Source: an uncultured virus (IMG/VR IMGVR_UViG_3300025853_000059) (taxonomy: Duplodnaviria; Heunggongvirae; Uroviricota; Caudoviricetes). From it: DNA of 64,000 nt. The notes under the pieces are model-generated. The model was not told the origin of the DNA and ran no database searches. It saw only the letters and a program-made list of their open reading frames with translations. Shown here in pieces: positions 11,101 to 18,145 of the stretch; the first letter of the stretch is position 1, and the number at the start of each line of letters is the position of its first letter. Both the position numbers and the translations under genes were made by a program. The stretch lies in the IMG/VR virus record IMGVR_UViG_3300025853_000059, one strand, 5' to 3'.

Positions 11101-13936
11101 CAGATGAACCACTAGTACCACTTATAGCACTTTGGGCATTATCTCCTGTTGAACCATTTGTACCTGTTGAACCACTAGTACCTGATGTACCAGCTTGACC
11201 TGATGTACCATTATCTCCATCAGTACCAGCAGAACCTGCTGAACCTGATGTACCTGAAGTACCACTACCTCCATCAGTTCCTGAAGAACCTGAAGAACCA
11301 GAAGTACCTGAAATTGCACTTTGAGCAGAATCACCAGCACTACCTGCAGTACCAGTACTACCTGAGGTACCAGCAGTACCTGAAGTACCTGATGAGCCTG
11401 AGCTTCCCGAAGCACCTGAAGTGCCACTATCTCCATCTGTACCAGATGAACCAGATGAACCTGAAGTTCCTGAAACAGCACTTTGTGCTGAATCACCTGC
11501 TGAACCTGCTGTACCTGAGCTACCAGAAGTACCTGCGGTGCCTGAAGTTCCTGAAGAACCAGAACTACCTGAGGTGCCTGATGAGCCTGATCCTCCATCG
11601 GTACCTGAACTACCGGATGAACCTGAAGTACCACTTACAGCACTTTGTGCTGAGTCACCAGCACTACCTGCTGTACCAGAAGAACCTGAGGTACCTGCTG
11701 TACCTGAAGTGCCTGATGAACCTGAACTTCCTGATGTTCCTGATGAACCTGAACCACCATCGGTACCCGATGAACCTGATGAACCAGAAGTACCACTTAC
11801 AGCACTTTGAGCATTTGCTCCTGCTGAACCCGCAGTACCCGTTGAACCACTAGTACCTGAAGAACCTGAGGTACCTGCTGAACCACTCCAACCGGAAGTA
11901 CCTGCAGTACCACTTGAGCCAGAACTTCCGTCTGTACCTGAGCTACCTGAAGAACCTGAAGTTCCCGAAACTGCACTTTGAGCAGAATCTCCAGCTGAAC
12001 CAGCTGTACCAGAAGAACCTGAGGTACCTGCTGTACCTGAAGTGCCTGAGGAACCTGATGAACCTGAAGTACCTGAACTACCTGAACCACCATCTGTACC
12101 TGAACTACCAGATGAACCACTAGTACCTGATACGGCGCTTTGGGCTGAATCACCTGCTGAACCTGCTGTACCTGAACTACCAGATGTACCAGCAGTACCT
12201 GAGGTACCTGAGCTACCACTAGAACCAGAAGTACCAGAGCTACCTGAACCTCCGTCTGTACCCGATGAACCTGAAGAACCTGAAGTTCCCGAAACTGCAC
12301 TTTGTGCAGAATCACCTGCTGAACCTGCTGTACCAGAAGAACCTGAGGTACCTGCTGTACCTGAGGTACCACTAGAACCAGATGAACCTGAAGTGCCTGA
12401 GGAACCTGAACCTCCGTCTGTACCTGAACTACCTGAAGAACCTGATGTACCACTTACAGCACTTTGGGCAGAATCACCTGCTGAACCAGCTGTACCTGAG
12501 CTACCTGAAGTTCCTGCTGTACCTGAGGTACCACTTGAACCAGATGAACCTGAAGTACCTGAACTACCTGAACCTCCATCGGTACCAGATGAACCTGATG
12601 AACCAGAAGTACCTGAAACAGCGCTTTGGGCTGAATCACCTGCTGAACCTGCTGTACCTGAAGAACCTGAAGTACCTGAGGTACCAGATGTACCTGAACT
12701 ACCTGATGAACCTGAGCTACCAGATTTACCTGAGGTACCACTATCTCCGTCTGTACCTGAGCTACCTGAGCTACCTGAAGTACCGGAAGCACCTGATTGA
12801 CCTCCGTCTCCAGCACTACCTTGAGTACCACTTGAACCAGCAGTACCTGAAGTTGAACTTATACCTGAAGTACCTGCAACTCCATTTTTACCGGAAGAAC
12901 CTGCTGAACCACTAGTACCTGATGTTGAACTTTCTCCTGAAGTACCTGCTTCACCAGATGAACCTACTGTACCTGATGAACCACTAGTACCTGAAGTACC
13001 AGTTTGACCTGAAGTACCTGAAGTACCTGAGCTGCCTGATGAACCACTTGAGCCAGAAGTACCTGCTGTACCTGCGGTACCCGAAGTACCTGAGCTACCT
13101 GATGTACCACTTGAACCTGAGGTTCTAGAAGCACCTGATTGGGCGTGACTACCAAATGAACCAGATTTACCTGAAGTACCTGATGAACCTGATGAACCTG
13201 CATTTCCTGAGGTACCAGCTGTACCACTTGAACCAGATTTACCTGAGGTACCTGAAGTTCCAGAAGCACCCGAAGAACCTACATTACCACTTGAACCAGC
13301 AGAACCACTAGAACCAGCTGTACCTGAAGTACCACTTACACCAGCAGAACCTGAGGTACCACTTGAACCTGAGGTACCACTTGTACCAGAAGCTCCAGGT
13401 AATAATCTATATTGTAATACCCCTGTAGAAGGGTCATAAACAGTAAAGTAAAAACTTTCTGTATTTTCTGTTAATGTATTAATTTTAACTTCAGAACCAC
13501 TAATATGAAGTGATCCAGTTAAACCTAATGTATCGGTAGTATAATCATATGTAAAGTTAGCTGAACCACTTAACCCCAAATCAGGATTAGAACCTGTAGC
13601 AAATTGAATTTGTGTGTTATCACCTACAGCAGAGTCAGCTTCAGGAACTAAAATTTGAACACCACCATTAGGGAGTGGGGTTACTTCAATTCCTGAACCT
13701 GTAAAATAAAATGATTTAGCGTAATTTACTTGAGAGCCTGTGTAATATACTTGAACACCTCCTAAACCAGGAAGAGTACTTAAGTCAAGACTATGAGATA
13801 CAGGGTTGCTACCAGTGTAATAAAAATTAATTACACTACCAGCTAAAGAACTAGAGTAATAAAGGGATGAAAAATTCCCATCTACTTCCGCAAAAGTTAA
13901 CTCGGATCCTTTATTCTGTCTTAGTATGATACCCAT
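2120..13936 (-). CDS. Giant Gly/Ser/Thr-rich collagen-like fibre (3938 aa) with C-terminal peptidase S74 intramolecular chaperone
   Basis: N-terminal RQNKGSELTFAEVDGNF fibre-anchor motif; ~3600 aa of Gly-X-Y triplets; C-terminal AFYS-SDARLK...GVIAQE...LLIEAIKEL. Confidence 0.9.
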   Translation of the reverse strand: MGIILRQNKGSELTFAEVDGNFSSLYYSSSLAGSVINFYYTGSNPVSHSLDLSTLPGLGGVQVYYTGSQVNYAKSFYFTGSGIEVTPLPNGGVQILVPEADSAVGDNTQIQFATGSNPDLGLSGSANFTYDYTTDTLGLTGSLHISGSEVKINTLTENTESFYFTVYDPSTGVLQYRLLPGASGTSGTSGSSGTSGSAGVSGTSGTAGSSGSAGSSGNVGSSGASGTSGTSGKSGSSGTAGTSGNAGSSGSSGTSGKSGSFGSHAQSGASRTSGSSGTSGSSGTSGTAGTAGTSGSSGSSGSSGTSGTSGQTGTSGTSGSSGTVGSSGEAGTSGESSTSGTSGSAGSSGKNGVAGTSGISSTSGTAGSSGTQGSAGDGGQSGASGTSGSSGSSGTDGDSGTSGKSGSSGSSGSSGTSGTSGTSGSSGTAGSAGDSAQSAVSGTSGSSGSSGTDGGSGSSGTSGSSGSSGTSGTAGTSGSSGTAGSAGDSAQSAVSGTSGSSGSSGTDGGSGSSGTSGSSGSSGTSGTAGTSGSSGTAGSAGDSAQSAVSGTSGSSGSSGTDGGSGSSGTSGSSGSSGTSGTAGTSGSSGTAGSAGDSAQSAVSGTSGSSGSSGTDGGSGSSGTSGSSGSSGTSGTAGTSGSSGTAGSAGDSAQSAVSGTSGSSGSSGTDGSSGSSGTAGTSGWSGSAGTSGSSGTSGSTGTAGSAGANAQSAVSGTSGSSGSSGTDGGSGSSGTSGSSGSSGTSGTAGTSGSSGTAGSAGDSAQSAVSGTSGSSGSSGTDGGSGSSGTSGSSGSSGTSGTAGTSGSSGTAGSAGDSAQSAVSGTSGSSGSSGTDGDSGTSGASGSSGSSGTSGTAGTSGSTGTAGSAGDSAQSAISGTSGSSGSSGTDGGSGTSGTSGSAGSAGTDGDNGTSGQAGTSGTSGSTGTNGSTGDNAQSAISGTSGSSGTSGTDGGSGSSGTSGSSGSSGTSGTAGTSGSSGTAGSAGDSAQSAVSGTSGSSGSSGTDGGSGTSGASGSSGSSGTSGTAGTSGSTGTAGSAGDSAQSAVSGTSGSSGTSGTDGGSGTSGTSGSAGSAGTDGNGGTSGNSGTSGTSGSTGTNGSTGDNAQSAVSGTSGSSGSSGTDGGSGSSGTSGSSGSSGTSGTAGTSGSSGTAGSAGDSAQSAVSGTSGSSGSSGTDGDSGTSGASGSSGSSGTSGTAGTSGSSGTAGSAGDSAQSAVSGTSGSSGTSGTDGDSGTSGTSGSAGSAGTDGDNGTSGQAGTSGTSGSSGTAGSAGDSAQSAVSGTSGSSGSSGTDGDSGSSGTSGSSGSSGTSGTAGTSGSSGTAGSAGDSAQSAVSGTSGSSGSSGTDGGSGTSGASGSSGSSGTSGTAGTSGSTGTAGSAGDSAQSAVSGTSGSSGTSGTDGDSGTSGTSGSAGSAGTDGDGGTSGNSGTSGTSGSTGTAGSAGDNAQSAVSGTSGSSGTSGTDGAGGTSGVASTSGTAGSSGSAGTDGAGGTSGQAGTSGTSGSTGTNGSTGSNAQSAVSGTSGSSGSSGTDGDSGTSGISSTSGTAGSSGTNGTSGDSSSSGSSGTSGSSGSSGTAGSSGSSGTSGSSGTSGSSGSSGTSGSSGSSGTAGSAGASAQSAISGTSGSSGSSGTDGAGGTSGVSSTSGTNGSAGTSGKNGVGGTSGQSGTSGTSGSTGTNGSAGDSAQSAVSGTSGSSGTSGTDGAGGTSGVSSTSGTAGSSGTNGTSGDSSSSGSSGTSGSSGSSGTAGSSGSSGTAGSAGTSGSSGTSGSSGTSGSSGSSGTAGSAGASAQSAVSGTSGSSGSSGTDGAGGTSGVSSTSGTQGSAGTSGKNGVGGTSGQSGTSGTAGSTGTNGSTGANAQSAVSGTSGSSGTSGTDGGSGTSGTSGSAGSAGTDGNGGTSGNSGTSGTSGSTGTAGSAGDSAQSAVSGTSGSSGTSGTDGAGGTSGVSSTSGTNGSAGSSGKDGVAGTSGKSATSGTSGSTGTAGTSGTSKTSGSSGTSGSSGSSGTSGTAGTSGSSGTSGSSGSSGTAGSAGASAQSAVSGTSGSSGSSGTDGAGGTSGVSSTSGTNGSAGTSGKNGAGGTSGKAGTSGTSGSTGTAGSAGDSAQSAVSGTSGSSGTSGTDGAGGTSGKSSTSGTQGSSGTSGKNGAAGTSGVASTSGTNGSAGTSGKDGAAGTSGKSGTSGTNGSAGSSGVNGIAGTSGVSSTSGTQGSGGTSGKNGAAGTSGKAGTSGTSGSTGTNGSTGSNAQSAISGTSGSSGTSGTDGGGGTSGLSSTSGTQGSSGTSGKNGNNGTSGQAGTSGTNGSAGTNGKNGAAGTSGNSSTSGTNGSAGSSGVNGIAGTSGVSSTSGTQGSAGTSGKNGAGGTSGKAGTSGTSGSTGTNGSTGSNAQSAVSGTSGSSGTSGTDGGGGTSGLSSTSGTNGSAGTNGKNGAGGTSGKSGTSGTNGSAGTSGKDGANGTSGKSGTSGTNGSAGSSGKDGVAGTSGKSSTSGTQGSSGTSGKDGVAGTSGKAGTSGTSGSTGTNGSTGSNAQSAVSGTSGSSGTSGTDGAGGTSGVSSTSGTNGSAGTSGKNGAAGTSGKSGTSGTNGSTGTSGKDGVHGTSGKSGTSGTNGSAGSSGVNGIAGTSGVSSTSGTNGSGGTAGKNGAGGTSGKSGTSGTSGSTGTNGSTGSNAQSAVSGTSGSSGTSGTDGAGGTSGKSSTSGTNGSTGTNGKDGAAGTSGKSGTSGTNGSGGTSGKNGANGTSGKSGTSGTNGSAGSSGVNGIAGTSGVSSTSGTNGSTGTGGKNGAGGTSGKAGTSGTSGSTGTNGSTGSNAQSAVSGTSGSSGTSGTDGAGGTSGKSSTSGTQGSSGTGGKNGAGGTSGKSSTSGTNGSAGTSGKNGNAGTSGVASTSGTSGSSGTSGTSGVDGLAGESGLSKTSGSSGSSGTNGTSGINGAAGTSGVSSTSGTQGSSGTSGKNGVAGTSGVSSTSGTNGSGGTAGKNGAGGTSGKSGTSGTSGSTGTNGSTGSNAQSAVSGTSGSSGTSGTDGGSGTSGVSATSGTKGSNGTSGVNGAAGTSGKSSTSGTNGTSGTAGKDGVAGTSGVASTSGTQGSSGTGGKNGAGGTSGVSSTSGTNGSAGTSGKNGAGGTSGKAGTSGTSGSTGTNGSTGSNAQSAVSGTSGSSGTSGTDGGSGTSGKSATSGTKGSNGTSGVNGAAGTSGKSSTSGTNGSGGTSGKNGAGGTSGVASTSGTNGSSGTSGKNGVAGTSGVAAVSGTSGSSGTSGTSGVDGAAGLSGESKTSGTNGSSGTSGVNGANGTSGKSGTSGTNGSGGTSGKNGAGGTSGVASTSGTNGSGGTSGKNGAGGTSGKSGTSGTNGSGGTSGANAQSGVSGTSGSSGTSGTDGGSGTSGKSATSGTKGSNGTSGVNGAAGTSGKSAVSGTNGSSGTSGVNGAAGTSGKSGTSGTNGSGGTSGKNGAAGTSGVASTSGTNGSAGSSGKNGAAGTSGVASTSGTNGSAGTGGKNGAGGTSGKSGTSGTNGSGGTSGITGASGGSAESGTSGTNGSGGTSGKNGAGGTSGVSSTSGTNGSGGTAGKNGAGGTSGKSGTSGTNGSAGSSGKDGVAGTSGKSGTSGTNGSGGTSGKNGAGGTSGVASTSGTNGSGGTAGKNGAGGTSGKSGTSGTNGSGGTSGVNAQSGVSGTSGSSGSSGTDGGSGTSGIAGGSGTSGKSGTSGTNGSGGTAGKNGGSGTSGKNGTSGTNGASGTSGVNGAAGTSGKNGTSGTNGASGTSGKNGAAGTSGVNGTSGTSGVPGTSGTSINGTSGISGGAFVDHPDYLVKTDSATQVSSVDFITVNNTTNVITVSGEIRATGDVIAFYSSDARLKDNVTPITNSLEKVNQINGYEFDWNDKQSSYEGHDIGVIAQEIEKVLPELVQTRDNGYKAVKYEKLVALLIEAIKELDNKVNNK
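2540..13395 (-). repeat. Coding tandem repeat: 9-nt triplet units (GGT ACT TCA type) with higher-order units, 162 nt/54 aa in the N-terminal part
   Basis: AQSAVS-coding marker recurs at 12297, 12459 and 12621 (162-nt spacing); copies differ mainly at synonymous sites. Confidence 0.95.
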
Positions 13937-13943
13937 TTTTATT

Positions 13944-13952
13944 TATAAATAT
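13944..13952 (-). promoter_or_regulatory. ATATTTATA putative late promoter (fibre gene)
   Basis: One of 12 exact intergenic copies found 5-24 nt upstream of starts. Confidence 0.7.
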
Positions 13953-13965
13953 TAACAGATTAATA

Positions 13966-14898
13966 TTATTCTTCAAAAGTTGAAGGAGAAGAATTAAAAG
14001 GGATATCTGTTCTTGGGGGTATTGTACTATTTGTATTTTTAAGGTCTGAGACTACTTCCATGTTAAATATAATTTGATTCTTACTACTAAATTTCTTCAA
14101 TGCTGTTAATTCTTTCTGTACTGTATCTGGGACTACATAACCATATAATTTTAACTGGAAAGTTGCTTTTACTGTTCTTTCACTACCTTGGACTAATTCA
14201 GTAGGGGTAGAAAAATTGTCTATAGTAGCCCTAAACTTAAAACGATCAGGATTACCCCAATATGAATCAGAAGCGTAATTAATAGCTTCAACTACTTTAT
14301 TTAGTTGTTCAATATAATATGTGGATACAATAAAATCATATGTAATATTTACATAATCAGGTATCACGACAGCATAGTATTGTTTTAGGGGTTGCTGGTT
14401 GTTTAAGACGTTAAAATTATCGTATGTATTTTGTTTATTATAAGGTTTTGTAAATATTTGAACGTTATGAGGATTGTTAGCATCCATTTTTCTAGTTAAT
14501 GATCTATTACGTTCAATTTGATTACGTTTAAATGTAATAAGAGGCATCATAATTTTGCCTTTCTTATCTCTGTAGTACCCATCTTTTTGAATTTGTTTCC
14601 ACCTTTCAGGTGAACCATAAATTACAGGTACTTTTTGTACTACACCATTTTGTTGTACTGTAGGTTTGATAACATTTTCCATATAATAGAAAATTGCTTC
14701 ATCAATTTCTTTAAATCCTAAAGTAAACGGTTTAGTATTATCATCTCTAAAAGAGACTTGATTACCTCTATTTACCCCAGAAAAATTATTAGGATTACCT
14801 CTAGTTCCCCCTGTTTCAGGGTTAACATAAGGATCCTGTTGAGAAATGCTAATTTCTCTTTGGGTTTTTGGTACTGGTATTTTTCCTCTTTGAGCCAT
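13966..14898 (-). CDS. Tail terminator / sheath stabiliser (T4 gp15-like)
   Basis: KVPVIYGSPERW, PLITF, DYVNITYDF motifs; position after neck genes. Confidence 0.6.
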   Translation of the reverse strand: MAQRGKIPVPKTQREISISQQDPYVNPETGGTRGNPNNFSGVNRGNQVSFRDDNTKPFTLGFKEIDEAIFYYMENVIKPTVQQNGVVQKVPVIYGSPERWKQIQKDGYYRDKKGKIMMPLITFKRNQIERNRSLTRKMDANNPHNVQIFTKPYNKQNTYDNFNVLNNQQPLKQYYAVVIPDYVNITYDFIVSTYYIEQLNKVVEAINYASDSYWGNPDRFKFRATIDNFSTPTELVQGSERTVKATFQLKLYGYVVPDTVQKELTALKKFSSKNQIIFNMEVVSDLKNTNSTIPPRTDIPFNSSPSTFEE

Positions 14899-15461
14899 TA
14901 GATATATCTTTCTTGTGTTATACCTACTTTATCAGCTGGTACGTAATGTGCTTCACAGATAATTGAAATAGAAGAACCAAATTCTTCAAGTCCAGGATTA
15001 AAGTTTCCGGGTTGATTTGGATAATCTGGGTTCTTACCAGCAAAATACTGGTTAGAAATTATATTGTCTATTTCATAATATCCTTCATTATATAGGATAA
15101 TATCTCCTACTTCTGGAACCAAATTAGCTCCGTAGTTGTGGTCTCCTTGATCATAGTTTTGGTTAAAATCTTTTGAAGCTTCTAATAAATCATCTCTAAG
15201 AAATTTAAAAGTAGCACCCCAACTAAAATCTGTACCTAAATCTGTTTCAGGGTATTCTTGGTCTCGTCTTTCTACTAAACAGTTTAATAAAACAGGACCC
15301 ATATAATATTTTTCTTCAGCAGCTTCACCATAGAGATTAATCTTAGTTTCCTCTATTTTAAATTTATAAAAAGAACACTGTTGGGTGATTATATCACCCA
15401 TCAGTTCTCTACTTATGTGTCTAAATAGACTTATATCTCTTTGAGCGCCAAATAATGCCAT
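14898..15461 (-). CDS. Neck / head-closure protein (T4 gp14-like)
   Basis: NLYGE, PEVGDII..YYEID motifs; synteny. Confidence 0.6.
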   Translation of the reverse strand: MALFGAQRDISLFRHISRELMGDIITQQCSFYKFKIEETKINLYGEAAEEKYYMGPVLLNCLVERRDQEYPETDLGTDFSWGATFKFLRDDLLEASKDFNQNYDQGDHNYGANLVPEVGDIILYNEGYYEIDNIISNQYFAGKNPDYPNQPGNFNPGLEEFGSSISIICEAHYVPADKVGITQERYI

Positions 15462-15462
15462 G

Positions 15463-16653
15463 TTATCCTATGTAAATTGGGAAAGGAACTTGTTGGAGTT
15501 CTTTTTGTCTGTAATCAGTTTCCAATGATCTTCTTTCCAATAATTTTTCTCTTGAAGTTTCATCAAGGTAAGCTCTTAATCTATCGATTAAAGCTGTCTT
15601 ATCAGCAGTTGCTGAAGATAATAAATCAGATTGATTCATAGTTACTTCAGCACCAGGAATAGGTACAGTAGAATATTTACCACGAACATATCCCAACATT
15701 TCTTTACATAAAGCTAAAGCATATTCAAAAATCCAACTTCTACCTACAGAATTAATTTGAGTATAAACTGGGTTAGCATAAGGAACATTTGATACATTTG
15801 AGATTGAACCTGAATTTCCAGTAATACTGTTTGCTAATCTTTCAGATTTAAGTAAATATTGGAAATATAATGTATCCATTCCAGCCATACTTTCAACTGT
15901 TGGAATTGGAAATAATCTCAATTTATTATTTTGAATTTCAAATGAATAATTTGATCTTCTAATTTGATCATTTAGTTCAATTTGCTGGATAACTTGTAAA
16001 TCATAGTTAATAGGCATTAACACAAAATTAATTGCGGGTGAATAATTACCCCAACCAAAGCTATCCATTAAATTCATAATACCTTGACCTGTTCCTATAT
16101 AAGGATCAAAATATTTCATAATAGCAGGAGGTGATTCAAAAAATACTCGTTTAATTTCTAAATCACTACCACTAACACCTAATTCATCTACAGCCCATTG
16201 ACCTAAATCATAATCCTGTTGAGAAGCTGTTAGAGCAATAGACCCAGTATGCCAATCTACATTACCACCAGTTCCAGCTTCAGTACCATATTGTTCTGAG
16301 AGTTTAATTATTACCCCCATATTAGGAGTAACTGCTGAAAATGCTAATGAAGAACTACCATTTACAGTAGGAACATCACTTGAAATGTTAACTCCTTCTA
16401 AAGATAAGTAATCTTGTCTTACCTTATAAGCATACACTTCATTACCATAAATTGTTGTTGCCTCCTCAAAAGCAGCATAAAAGTTTTTATCTTGTAGTTC
16501 AACATCTACAATCGGAAATCCTAATCTACGAGCAGCAAATGTAGTAAACCTATCAGCATCTAGTTGAAAAGCAACATCACTATCATAGAACCCAAAAGGA
16601 GTATCTCCAGAAGAAAAAGATGATGAACCTGGATAAATTGGGATATTGGCCAT
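15463..16653 (-). CDS. Neck / head-tail adaptor (T4 gp13-like)
   Basis: RRLGFPIVDVEL, WIFEYALALCKEMLG..RGKY..IPG motifs. Confidence 0.75.
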   Translation of the reverse strand: MANIPIYPGSSSFSSGDTPFGFYDSDVAFQLDADRFTTFAARRLGFPIVDVELQDKNFYAAFEEATTIYGNEVYAYKVRQDYLSLEGVNISSDVPTVNGSSSLAFSAVTPNMGVIIKLSEQYGTEAGTGGNVDWHTGSIALTASQQDYDLGQWAVDELGVSGSDLEIKRVFFESPPAIMKYFDPYIGTGQGIMNLMDSFGWGNYSPAINFVLMPINYDLQVIQQIELNDQIRRSNYSFEIQNNKLRLFPIPTVESMAGMDTLYFQYLLKSERLANSITGNSGSISNVSNVPYANPVYTQINSVGRSWIFEYALALCKEMLGYVRGKYSTVPIPGAEVTMNQSDLLSSATADKTALIDRLRAYLDETSREKLLERRSLETDYRQKELQQVPFPIYIG

Positions 16654-16666
16654 TGTATATTTTTGT

Positions 16667-16675
16667 TATAAATAT
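16667..16675 (-). promoter_or_regulatory. ATATTTATA putative late promoter (neck operon)
   Basis: Exact motif 13 nt upstream of ATG. Confidence 0.7.
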
Positions 16676-16692
16676 TGAAAAAGATGGTTTAA

Positions 16693-17430
16693 TTATCCTT
16701 TTCTGGATTTTCCACTGGTACCTGATGAACCACTTGTAATTCCTCTATCAGCAGCATCTTCATATAATTCAATTAAGTCTGATACAATAGGATCTCTGTG
16801 ATTTTGTTTTAAGGTAATACCTGTCATATTTTTAATACCACGAGCAGCAGAATATAAAAATCTAAAACCAGAATCTCTTTTTGACTTTAAATCTACTTGG
16901 TGGTCGTCTCCACAAATAATCATTTTTGAACGTAAACCTAAACGGGTTACAATCATTTCCATCTGTTCATGAGTTACGTTTTGAGCTTCATCTACGATAA
17001 TAACACTATCAACAAAAGTTCTACCGCGCATAAAACTAACAGGAACGATTTCGATTTGTCCATCTGTTATACATTTTTCGATTTTTTCCTTATCATATAA
17101 AAGGAACATATTTTGATAAATTGGTTGAACCCAAGGATCCATTTTTTCCCTTAAGTCACCTGGTAAGAATCCGATTTCTTCTTTTGATACTGTCGGACGT
17201 GTAATTATAACTTTTTCGTATTCTCTTCTAAATAAGCCATCTAGGGCAATTTGGCAAGCGAGTAATGTTTTTCCTGAACCTGCTGATCCAGCTAAAATTG
17301 TAAGTGTGTTATTTAATATTTCTTCCTTAGCTAATTTTTGTTCTTCATTAAGGGTTAATTTAAATTTAATAGGGTTTTTCAATACTCTTTTTTCTTTAAA
17401 TACCGGGTCGGTATGATGATTTGATGCCAT
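16693..17430 (-). CDS. phoH: PhoH-family ATPase
   Basis: GSAGSGKT Walker A, IGFLPG, MRGRTF, IVDEAQN, GD..QVDL, NHR motifs. Confidence 0.95.
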   Translation of the reverse strand: MASNHHTDPVFKEKRVLKNPIKFKLTLNEEQKLAKEEILNNTLTILAGSAGSGKTLLACQIALDGLFRREYEKVIITRPTVSKEEIGFLPGDLREKMDPWVQPIYQNMFLLYDKEKIEKCITDGQIEIVPVSFMRGRTFVDSVIIVDEAQNVTHEQMEMIVTRLGLRSKMIICGDDHQVDLKSKRDSGFRFLYSAARGIKNMTGITLKQNHRDPIVSDLIELYEDAADRGITSGSSGTSGKSRKG

Positions 17431-18145
17431 TGTCTTGATAATTGATTTTTACTAATTTATCGAGTCCTGCGTTAACGTGCATAGCATCGTTTAATACAAG
17501 CTCGAAATTAAATCTGTCGTCCAGAGGTAGAACTAAATCTACTTGTGAACCCCATCTAATCAAGCTAAATCTCTCGTTTTGAGCGCAAAGATCTAATTGC
17601 TTCTTAAATGGAGCAATTACGTTTACGTCTTCATCGGCTATTTGAATTAAGTAGTATGTGTAATCTAAAGAAGGAACATACACCTGGTTAAACATTCGTT
17701 CATTGTACTTTAAGTACTCCATGTTGTTAGGATTAATTACCTTATTTAAGATGTCCTTCTCAACCGCTAACATGGGTTTATTCGTCGATTCAATAGGTTC
17801 TAAGTGTTCGTATGTGAGTACGCCACCATAGGGAATCCTGTTGATATGGACGTCATAAAACGACATAAAAATGCCAATTACCAGCGACGGTTTATCATAC
17901 TCGTCGTTACCCATAACATCTTTTAAGGTATAATTTAACCCTTTAATTTCCACAACCGCTTCATCTGGGTGTACAACTTTTTGGTATATAATTGTCCCAT
18001 CAGCAGGACTATAGAAATGTTCCCAATCAATGTGATTGGGACGGAGAGGATCTCTAAAAAAATATGTATTACTTAGCTCGCCTACAGGGAGTTTAGAGAG
18101 TTCTTTAACCTCTCCGTTCAACCAATCTTCTAAATTTTGCGCCAT
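17396..18145 (-). CDS. psd: Phosphatidylserine-decarboxylase-family pyruvoyl proenzyme (no evident membrane anchor)
   Basis: FFRDP.R, SPADG, IFMS.YDVHINRIP, NER, and RWGSQVDL self-cleavage motif. Confidence 0.8.
   Translation of the reverse strand: MAQNLEDWLNGEVKELSKLPVGELSNTYFFRDPLRPNHIDWEHFYSPADGTIIYQKVVHPDEAVVEIKGLNYTLKDVMGNDEYDKPSLVIGIFMSFYDVHINRIPYGGVLTYEHLEPIESTNKPMLAVEKDILNKVINPNNMEYLKYNERMFNQVYVPSLDYTYYLIQIADEDVNVIAPFKKQLDLCAQNERFSLIRWGSQVDLVLPLDDRFNFELVLNDAMHVNAGLDKLVKINYQDNGIKSSYRPGI

Noticed and set aside
2530..13269. Dozens of overlapping ORFs (PEVPE.., VLQVLQ.., YLKYL..) in other frames
   Set aside because: Shadow frames of the stop-poor 9-nt coding repeat; no independent signals
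2540..13395. CRISPR array or assembly artefact
   Set aside because: No constant repeat with unique spacers; repeats are in frame and synonymously diverged
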